A program made the translations under genes and the position numbers. Source: Candidatus Limnocylindria bacterium (lineage in GTDB: Bacteria; Chloroflexota; Limnocylindria; QHBO01). Taken from it: a stretch of DNA of 46,757 nt. Under the pieces are notes generated by a model. It had not been told where the DNA came from, made no database searches, and saw only the letters and a list, made by a program, of their open reading frames with translations. This document shows, piece after piece, positions 36,013 through 43,138 of the stretch (position 1 is the stretch's first letter; every line of letters starts with the position of its first letter). The stretch spans positions 1 to 46,757 of the forward strand of contig JBGQCU010000002.1 in the NCBI GenBank assembly GCA_041495495.1. The letters are read 5' to 3'.

Positions 36013-37806
36013 ATGACAAGACCCGAACAGCGCGGAGTCCTTGGACGCGCTGCAGCGGTGCTCGCCGCCGTGGGGCTGGCCGTCTCCGGGATGGCGCTGG
36101 CGCTCCCTCCGCAGGCCGCTGCGGCGCCGGCCGACGTGAACCTGTCCTCGGTCACAGCGGCGGCGGCCGGTGATCCGGTCATCGCCGCCGCCGGCGACAT
36201 CGCCTGCGATCCGGCCGATTCCAACTTCAACGGCGGGCTCGGCGTCTCGAACGGCTGTCGCCAGCGGGCCACCTCCGACCTCCTGGTGAGCGCCGGCCTC
36301 AGCGGCGTGCTGGCGCTCGGCGACAACCAGTACTACTGCGGCAGCTATCAGGCGTTCGTCGGCTCCTACGACCAAAGCTGGGGTCGCGTCAAGTCGATGA
36401 CCTACCCCTCGGTCGGCAACCACGAGTACCTGACTCATGGCGGATCAGGCGCGAGCACCGGGTGCGACGCCACCAACACGGGCGCCGCAGGTTACTACCA
36501 GTACTTCGGCGCCGCTGCCGGCGATCCATCCAAGGGCTACTACAGCTTCAACATCGGGGCCTGGCACCTCATCTCCCTCAACACCCAGTGCTCGTCGGTG
36601 GGCGGCTGCTCCGCGAGCAGCCCGCAGGGGCAATGGCTCACCGCCGATCTCAACGCCCACCCAAACATGTGCACCCTGGCCTTCTTCCACATCCCGCTGT
36701 TCAGCTCCGGCGGGCGCGCGTCCAGCAATGCGTCGGGGATGTGGCAGGTCCTCTACGCGCATCGCGCGGACGTCATCCTCAACGGCCACGATCACATCTA
36801 CGAGCGGTTCGCGCCCCAGACCCCGACCGGGACCCTCGACGCCGCCAACGGGATCCGTGAGTTCATCGTCGGCACGGGCGGCGCGAACCTGACGAGCCTC
36901 GCATCGACCGCCGGCAACAGCGAGGTCCGGAATGCCTCCACCTTCGGCATACTGGCGCTGACCCTGCATCCCACCGGCTACAACTGGACCTTCGTACCGG
37001 AGGCCGGCAAGACGTTCACCGACGCGGGGTCCGGAACCTGTCACGCAACGGGCGGTGGCGGCGGCGACACCGGGCCGCCCACGATCCCGACCATCACCTC
37101 GGCCACGGCGCCGTCCTCGGGCCGGGTCGACCTGGCCTGGAGCACCGCCACCGATGACACCGCCGTGACCGGCTACACCATCTACCGCGGCGGGAGCTCG
37201 ATCGGGACCACCAACGGCACCACCACCACCTACAGCGACCTGACCGTCAGCCCCTCGACCTCGTATAGCTACACGGTGGATGCCTTCGACGCCGCCGGCC
37301 ACCACTCGGCCCCCTCGCCCCCGGCGCTGGTCGTCACCCCGGCGCCCTCCACCACCCAGACCCTGCTCCCGATCGCGGACGCCTATACCGACGCCTCGGC
37401 GCCGACCTCGAACTACGGCAGCTCGACCTCGCTCCGCTTCGATAACTCGCCGGTCGTGCGGAGCTATCTCACCTTCGACCTGTCAGGCGTGTCCGGGACG
37501 ATCACCAAGGCGACCCTGCGGGTCTACGCCAACACCGCCTCGAGCGCCGGCTACACCGCTGGCGGGACGACCACGACCTGGACGGAATCCGGCCTGACCG
37601 CCGCCAACGCGCCGCCGGTCGGGGCCTCGGTCGGTGGCTCCGGGGCGATCGCGGCCGGGGCTTGGACGAGCGTCGACGTCACCGCCCTCCTCGGCGGCAG
37701 CAAGCTCGGCGTGGCCCTCTCCGGCCTCAACGCCACCGCCGTCCGGCTGTCGAGCCGCGAGTCGGGTGCCACGGCCCCGCAGCTCGTCCTGGAGCTGGGC
37801 CCCTGA
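36013..37806 (+). CDS. secreted calcineurin-like metallophosphoesterase with FN3 domain and C-terminal beta-sandwich (DNRLRE/CBM-like) domain
   Basis: ATG 36013 follows GGAGGGG. Signal peptide ends PPQAAAAP. Motifs AAGDIACD, LGDNQY, GNHEY and LNGHDHIYER. FN3-like segment RVDLAWSTATDDTAVTGYTIYRGG. Tail segment ADAYTDASAPTSNYGSSTSLRFD. Confidence 0.85.
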   Translation: MTRPEQRGVLGRAAAVLAAVGLAVSGMALALPPQAAAAPADVNLSSVTAAAAGDPVIAAAGDIACDPADSNFNGGLGVSNGCRQRATSDLLVSAGLSGVLALGDNQYYCGSYQAFVGSYDQSWGRVKSMTYPSVGNHEYLTHGGSGASTGCDATNTGAAGYYQYFGAAAGDPSKGYYSFNIGAWHLISLNTQCSSVGGCSASSPQGQWLTADLNAHPNMCTLAFFHIPLFSSGGRASSNASGMWQVLYAHRADVILNGHDHIYERFAPQTPTGTLDAANGIREFIVGTGGANLTSLASTAGNSEVRNASTFGILALTLHPTGYNWTFVPEAGKTFTDAGSGTCHATGGGGGDTGPPTIPTITSATAPSSGRVDLAWSTATDDTAVTGYTIYRGGSSIGTTNGTTTTYSDLTVSPSTSYSYTVDAFDAAGHHSAPSPPALVVTPAPSTTQTLLPIADAYTDASAPTSNYGSSTSLRFDNSPVVRSYLTFDLSGVSGTITKATLRVYANTASSAGYTAGGTTTTWTESGLTAANAPPVGASVGGSGAIAAGAWTSVDVTALLGGSKLGVALSGLNATAVRLSSRESGATAPQLVLELGP

Positions 37807-37814
37807 CGTCCCGG

Positions 37815-37880
37815 ATGTCCGACAACCCCGCCGAGCGTCGCATGCTCGAGGCTCCCATCGCGGAGCCAGAAGCAAGCTAA
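37815..37880 (+). pseudogene. possible relic of an ECF-sigma gene 3' end
   Basis: Encodes MSDNPAERRMLEAPIAEPEAS*. Nucleotides 37819-37852 match 35837-35870 (sigma C-terminus [12 protein letters not shown]) at 31 of 34 positions by my hand alignment. Confidence 0.35.
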
Positions 37881-37966
37881 CGCTCTCGTAACGAATCGGG
37901 TAGGGTCGCCGTCGGAGAGATTGGCCGGTGCTTCGGCGCCGACCGATGAAGAATGGAGCACCGCAC

Positions 37967-38632
37967 ATGACCCGTTCGCTGCCATCGCGCTGCTCAATCG
38001 GCGCGCTCACCCTCTGCTTCGGCGTCACTCTGGCCGCCTGCACCGGCGGCAGCCCGTCACCGAGCTCGAACGTTCCCAGCGCATCGGCGATCGCCTCGGC
38101 AAGCTCTTCGGCGTCGACCCCGGCGTCGCAGCCGGCGAGCGCTCAGCCATCGGGCACGGCGACCATGGCCCCAAGCGACGGGCCGACCGACAGCCTGCCG
38201 CCGTTCGCCTGCGCACCGACCGTCACCATCCCGGCCACCACGGATCGTGCCCAGATCACGGACGTCAGGGTCGGCACGCATGATGGCTACGATCGCGTCA
38301 CCTTCGAATTCGCTTCGGGTATCCCGCAGACCCTCATCGAAGGTGTCCTGCCGCCCTTCTACGCCGACCCCAGCGGCCTGCCCCTCGACGTGACGGGCGC
38401 CGCCTTCCTGAAGGTGACCATGACGCATGGGACGAAGCTCTCGCTGGACGGGGGCGTCACCTACACGGGGTCGACCAATTTCCAGCCCGGCTTCGACCAG
38501 CTCGTGCAGCTCCGGGAGGGTGGCGACTTCAAGGCCATCAGCACCTGGTACCTGGGCCTCGACCCCGGCGGCTGCATCCGCGTTCTGACCCTCACCGGCC
38601 CCAGCCGCCTCGTGATCGACATCGAGCATTGA
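37967..38632 (+). CDS. lipoprotein with Ser/Ala/Pro linker and conserved beta-rich C-terminal domain
   Basis: Start ATG 37967. Lipobox TLAACTGG. C-terminal domain ITDVRVGTHDGYDRVTFEF ... RLVIDIEH. Confidence 0.75.
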   Translation: MTRSLPSRCSIGALTLCFGVTLAACTGGSPSPSSNVPSASAIASASSSASTPASQPASAQPSGTATMAPSDGPTDSLPPFACAPTVTIPATTDRAQITDVRVGTHDGYDRVTFEFASGIPQTLIEGVLPPFYADPSGLPLDVTGAAFLKVTMTHGTKLSLDGGVTYTGSTNFQPGFDQLVQLREGGDFKAISTWYLGLDPGGCIRVLTLTGPSRLVIDIEH

Positions 38633-38651
38633 CCTTGACCGGCGAAGGATC

Positions 38652-40184
38652 ATGGCCGAACCGATGAGCTCGGCACCGGGCATGGTCCGCAACGCGACAG
38701 CGATCGGCCTCGCATCGCTGGCGATCGGACTCCTGGCCCAGTTCCTGTTCGTCGACGCAGCGCTTGGCATCAACGTTCCAATCGCGACCGCGGCCCTCAT
38801 CGGCGCCGGCTGGATGGTCCGTGATCGGTCAACGCCGCGGCCACGATGGCCGGATGCCTGGCTCGCCCCCGGTGCGCTGACCCTGTCGATCTTCGTGGCG
38901 CTGCGCGGAGACGGCACCCTCGTGACGCTCGACATCCTGGGCGCGATGGCGCTCTCAGGTGCGGCGCTTGTCAGCTTCGGCGGCCTAGGTGTCCTGGAAC
39001 GCCCCGTGGCGGGCGTCGTCGCATTGGCTGGACGGCTGGCAGTTTCGGGAGTGATCGCCGGGAAGCGTCCCCTGGCAGCCATGATGGGCGCGGTGCCGCT
39101 GCTCCGGCGGCGCACAGGCGGCGGCCACGTTGCCCCCATCCTGCGCGGCCTTCTGATCGCAGCGCCGTTGGTGATCCTGTTCGTGATCCTCTTCGCGTCC
39201 GCCGACGCCGTCTTCGCCCGGATCGCGGGCGACCTGCTCAACTGGCACCTCGACCTTGGCTCGCTGCCGGGTCGCATCGCATGGACGTTCGTCGTTGCCT
39301 GGCTCGCGGCAGGGCTCCTCATGTTCGTGGCCAGAGGGGAGGACCGCGGGATCGACCCGAGGGCGGTGGCCGCCTGGGAGGGTCGGGGGCGGCTCGGCTC
39401 GGCAGAAGCGGTCACCGTGCTGGTCGTGCTCGACTTGCTGTTCGCGGGCTTCGTGGCACTCCAGGCCGCCTACCTGTTCGGCGGCAGGGACACGCTCGAG
39501 GCGGGCGGCCTGACGTACGCCGACTACGCTCGACACGGCTTCTTCGAGCTGCTCGGCGCAGCGTTCGTGGTCGGCGGACTGGTCCTGGCCATGGAGACAT
39601 TCGTGCGGAGCAGGACGCGAGCCTACCTGGCTGCCACCATCGGGCTGGTGGCGCTGACCCTGGCCGTGCTTGCCTCGGCCTTCCTGCGCCTGCGCCTGTA
39701 CCAGGACGCATACGGGTGGACCGAGCTGCGCTTCTATGTGCTGGCCGCGATCATCTGGCTCGCATTCGGCGCCCTGATGGCGATCATCGCCGTGGCGACC
39801 CATCGCACGCGGTGGCTGCTGCACGGGATGCTCGTGGTATCCGTCGTGTTCGGCATGGCATTCAACATCATCGGGCCGGTCAGGTTCATTGCCGACCAGA
39901 ATATCGAGCGCGCCCTCCATCCTGAGCTGATTGCACCGGGAGGCAAGGCAGCTCTCGACCTCTTCTATCTGGCGTCCCTCGGCGACGACGCCGTATCGGC
40001 CATCGCCGACAATGTCTGCACGCTCCCCGGCGGACTGGGCCGCGACGCCAGCGCTGCGCTCAAGAACCACGTCGTGGAGCTCGCGAACGACCATTCAGGC
40101 AAGGCCTGGCAGGCATGGAACCTGTCGCGTGAGCGGGCCCGCGACGTCAGGCTCGTTACGATCTGCCTGCTCTCTGAGCGCTGA
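38652..40184 (+). CDS. polytopic membrane protein, DUF4153/DUF4173-like
   Basis: 510 aa. GAAGGA ribosome-binding site. More than 10 hydrophobic segments. [18 protein letters not shown] resembles the family motif as I recall it. Confidence 0.8.
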   Translation: MAEPMSSAPGMVRNATAIGLASLAIGLLAQFLFVDAALGINVPIATAALIGAGWMVRDRSTPRPRWPDAWLAPGALTLSIFVALRGDGTLVTLDILGAMALSGAALVSFGGLGVLERPVAGVVALAGRLAVSGVIAGKRPLAAMMGAVPLLRRRTGGGHVAPILRGLLIAAPLVILFVILFASADAVFARIAGDLLNWHLDLGSLPGRIAWTFVVAWLAAGLLMFVARGEDRGIDPRAVAAWEGRGRLGSAEAVTVLVVLDLLFAGFVALQAAYLFGGRDTLEAGGLTYADYARHGFFELLGAAFVVGGLVLAMETFVRSRTRAYLAATIGLVALTLAVLASAFLRLRLYQDAYGWTELRFYVLAAIIWLAFGALMAIIAVATHRTRWLLHGMLVVSVVFGMAFNIIGPVRFIADQNIERALHPELIAPGGKAALDLFYLASLGDDAVSAIADNVCTLPGGLGRDASAALKNHVVELANDHSGKAWQAWNLSRERARDVRLVTICLLSER

Positions 40185-40243
40185 GCGCGGTGCGCCATCG
40201 TCGGGTAGCATCGGTTCATCCCACTCCGCACCTGAAGGTTCGC

Positions 40244-40750
40244 ATGGCTGACCGACAAACCCCGCCATCGGGCGCCCTCGACCTGACCAAGTCGTATTCC
40301 GCCCGGTTCAAGACGGAGCGCGGCGAGATCGTGTGCGAGCTCTTCGCGGGCGACGCGCCGCTCACCGTGGAAAACTTCGTCAACCTGGCTCGCGCCGGGT
40401 TCTACGACGGCACCACCTTCCATCGGGTCATCGCTGGCTTCATGGCCCAGGGTGGCGACCCGACCGGCACCGGCACGGGTGGACCGGGCTACAGCTTCCG
40501 CGACGAGCTGTCGGTCAAGCGTCGTCACGACAGCCCCGGCACCTTGTCGATGGCCAATGCCGGCCCGAACACGAACGGCTCGCAGTTCTTCATCACCTTC
40601 GGCGCTACGCCGCACCTCGACGGCCGTCACACGGTCTTCGGACGGGTGACCTCCGGCACGGACGTGCTGCGCACCATTCGCGAACGCGACCCGCAGCGCG
40701 ACCCCAAGCCGGGCGACCGGATCGACACGATCGAGATCGAGGAGAGCTAG
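40244..40750 (+). CDS. peptidyl-prolyl cis-trans isomerase, cyclophilin type
   Basis: Start ATG 40244 follows [35 protein letters not shown] and [11 protein letters not shown]. Confidence 0.95.
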   Translation: MADRQTPPSGALDLTKSYSARFKTERGEIVCELFAGDAPLTVENFVNLARAGFYDGTTFHRVIAGFMAQGGDPTGTGTGGPGYSFRDELSVKRRHDSPGTLSMANAGPNTNGSQFFITFGATPHLDGRHTVFGRVTSGTDVLRTIRERDPQRDPKPGDRIDTIEIEES

Positions 40751-40813
40751 TCCCGCAGGAGCGGGGACGAGCTCGAGCTGGTCACGCTCCCCGAGGAGCT
40801 GTCCTAGCCTCGC

Positions 40814-40972
40814 TCAGGCGGCCGAGGCGTACAGCAGCCGGAAGGTGACGCCGGGGTCCGGCGCAAAGTCCATGCGCATGGCGCAGCCGCTGCACACGAG
40901 CTCTTCGTCGGCCTCGTCAACGGTGAAGGTGACCTCATCGGTGCACCAGGGGCAGGCAAGTTGAATGGTCAT
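40814..40972 (-). CDS. small zinc-ribbon protein (52 aa), not in the supplied ORF track
   Basis: My own translation: MTIQLACPWCTDEVTFTVDEADEELVCSGCAMRMDFAPDPGVTFRLLYASAA*. CPWC and CSGC pairs are 18 residues apart. GC3 is high. Confidence 0.45.
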   Translation of the reverse strand: MTIQLACPWCTDEVTFTVDEADEELVCSGCAMRMDFAPDPGVTFRLLYASAA

Positions 40973-41002
40973 GCCGCGATCGTGTGCCCGCCGCGTGACA
41001 CC

Positions 41003-42373
41003 TTGGCTGTCGCGATCTGCAGCCGCTCAGCCGATTCGCGTAGGCTTGCCGCCTTGACCGATTCCCCGCCGGCCCACCCGGCGCGCGCCGCGTTGGCCGA
41101 CTGGCGGCTCTTCGCCAGCGGGATCTACCGTCCCTTCCGGCTGCTTGCCGTGGCGCAGGGGTTCATCGGTGCGCTGTCCGGTCCGGCGATCGTGATTCCG
41201 CTCCTTCTGGCGCTCGGCGCACATCCAGCGCTGGCCACCCTGCTCGCCGTCCTGCCGGTCATCGGCACCACCGCGCAACGCTTCATCCCCCGCCTCCTGG
41301 AACGTGCCGATGGCAACCTGCGCGGGATCGTGGTGCTGGCCGCGACGATCGGCGAGCCGCGGGGTCTGCTCCTCGCCGCCGTGATCGGCATGACCGCCGC
41401 TGGGCTCATCCCCAACCCGGTCGCCATCGCCCTGGTGGCCGTCGTGGTCGGCATCTTCGGGTCGCTGGGCGCCATCGCGTACGGTTCGCTGCAGGCCTGG
41501 TACCAGATCATCCTGCCCGATGCCGAGCGTCGCCTGGTGGCGCCCCGGCTGGCCGGTATCACGCTCGGCATCGGATCGGTGATCCTGCTGCCGCTGGCGC
41601 TGACCATCGATGGCCTGGTGGCCCGTATCGGCCTGTGGGCCTATGTCATGCCGCTGGCCGTGGCCGGGACCGCGGGCCTGGTGGCGGCGGTGGCGCTGCG
41701 CCGGCTCCCATTCCCCGGCCGGGTTCGGGTCCCCCGGCATGCCACCGCGGCCGTGGCCGACGACGGCAGGCTGGGGCGCCTGGCCCGAGTGCTCCTGCTG
41801 GCCAACCTCGCCTCGGGCCTCGCCCCGTTCCTGTCGGTGTACGCCATCGCCGTACTCGGCACCGGACCCGGCTTCGCCATCGCCATCTCGGCCACCTCGT
41901 CGGCGACGCTCGTCCTCTCGTCGATCTACGTCAGCTCGTACCTGGTGCGCGGCTCCGCCTCTCGCCTGCTGCGGCGCTCGATGCTGCTGCGGGCCGGCGC
42001 CCTGCTGCTCGGGCTGGCGGCCCACCCGGCCAACCCGGTGGCGCCGGCGATCCTGCTGCTGATGGCGATCCTGATGGCGGCGGGCGACACGGCCGGGCAG
42101 CTCTCCGCCAACGAGCGTCTCTTCCGCCTGGCCACCGGCCCGTCGGTGATCGCGTTCCAGAGCCGATTCGTGGTGCGCAACGTGCTGGCCTACACCATCG
42201 GGCTGCTGACCGCGTCGGGCGTGCTGCTGATCGGTGGCTACGTCGCCTTCGCGATCCTCTTTGGCGGCGCCGGGTCGGTGCGCCTCGTGGCGTCCCGCTT
42301 CACCGAGCTCTCGCCGCGCGACCCGATCGGGAGCGACACCCAGGCCCTCGAGCTGCCTCCTTCGGGGAGCTAG
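41003..42373 (+). CDS. MFS-like polytopic membrane transporter (start uncertain)
   Basis: About 12 hydrophobic segments. The track start TTG 40961 overlaps the small minus-strand ORF. In-frame TTG codons at 41003 and further downstream are alternatives. Confidence 0.7.
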   Translation: MAVAICSRSADSRRLAALTDSPPAHPARAALADWRLFASGIYRPFRLLAVAQGFIGALSGPAIVIPLLLALGAHPALATLLAVLPVIGTTAQRFIPRLLERADGNLRGIVVLAATIGEPRGLLLAAVIGMTAAGLIPNPVAIALVAVVVGIFGSLGAIAYGSLQAWYQIILPDAERRLVAPRLAGITLGIGSVILLPLALTIDGLVARIGLWAYVMPLAVAGTAGLVAAVALRRLPFPGRVRVPRHATAAVADDGRLGRLARVLLLANLASGLAPFLSVYAIAVLGTGPGFAIAISATSSATLVLSSIYVSSYLVRGSASRLLRRSMLLRAGALLLGLAAHPANPVAPAILLLMAILMAAGDTAGQLSANERLFRLATGPSVIAFQSRFVVRNVLAYTIGLLTASGVLLIGGYVAFAILFGGAGSVRLVASRFTELSPRDPIGSDTQALELPPSGS

Positions 42374-42407
42374 CCGCGAGCCGGGCCCCCTCGAGCCGAG
42401 AGGGCAC

Positions 42408-42436
42408 TTGCGTCTTTGCGCAAATAGTGACAGAAT
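42408..42436 (+). promoter_or_regulatory. candidate promoter with an embedded 10-bp perfect palindrome (ArsR operator candidate)
   Basis: TTGCGT (42408-42413), a 17-nt spacer, then CAGAAT (42431-42436). TTTGCGCAAA (42415-42424) is a perfect palindrome in the spacer. ATG codons follow at 42439 and 42445. Confidence 0.4.
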
Positions 42437-42438
42437 CC

Positions 42439-42738
42439 ATGCTGATGCAAGCCACCCTCAGCAACGACCTGCTCCGGGACCGCGCCGCGGCGATCGCCCG
42501 AGCGCTCTCTGACGCGAAGCGCCTGTGCGTTGTCGAGCGGCTGGCCGACGGAGAGCGATCGGTGAGCGACCTGTCGCGCGACATCGGCTGCCAGGTGCCG
42601 AACATGAGCCAGCACCTGGCGGTCCTGCGCGCGGCGGGGATCGTCGCCTCTCGTCGAGATGGCAGCACCGTCTTCTACCGGCTCGCGCACCCGCAGGTGC
42701 TCGAGGTCTATCGCATCCTCCGACAGGTCGCCGGCTGA
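42439..42738 (+). CDS. ArsR/SmtB family transcriptional regulator
   Basis: 99 aa. LSDAKRLCVVERLADGERSVSDLSRDIGCQVPNMSQHLAVLRAAGIVASRRDGSTVFYRL is a winged helix-turn-helix. Confidence 0.9.
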   Translation: MLMQATLSNDLLRDRAAAIARALSDAKRLCVVERLADGERSVSDLSRDIGCQVPNMSQHLAVLRAAGIVASRRDGSTVFYRLAHPQVLEVYRILRQVAG

Positions 42739-42770
42739 CGGACGACACACGAAAGGACCATTCAAGACCG

Positions 42771-43109
42771 ATGTCGAACGTCCGCGAGGCGACCGACGCC
42801 AACTTTGATGAGATGGTGATCAAGAGCGAGAAGCCGGTGATCGTCGACTTCTGGGCCGCGTGGTGCGGTCCGTGCCGCCTGGTCGCCCCTGAGATCGAGA
42901 AACTGGCGGAGAAGTACGCCGGCAGCGTCGAAGTGATGAAGCTCGACGTGGATGCCAACCCGCATACGGCCATGCATTACGGGGTGATGAGCATTCCGAC
43001 CGTCGCCTTCTTCGCGCCTGGCCAGCCGCCGCGTGCCGCGGTCGGCTTCCGTCCGGCGGAGCAGCTGGAGACCGCGTTCGGGCTCGAGGCATTCGCCAAG
43101 AGCGCCTGA
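42771..43109 (+). CDS. trxA: thioredoxin
   Basis: 112 aa. VDFWAAWCGPCR and GVMSIPT. Confidence 0.95.
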   Translation: MSNVREATDANFDEMVIKSEKPVIVDFWAAWCGPCRLVAPEIEKLAEKYAGSVEVMKLDVDANPHTAMHYGVMSIPTVAFFAPGQPPRAAVGFRPAEQLETAFGLEAFAKSA

Positions 43110-43138
43110 CCGCCGACTGCGCCTATCCTGCGGGGGAC

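Noticed and set aside
35911-37880. Calling the phosphoesterase segment a mobile element.
   Set aside because: It has no integrase, transposase, terminal inverted repeats or tRNA target. Only the 34-nt direct similarity is seen, so it is reported as a finding and not as a mobile-element feature.
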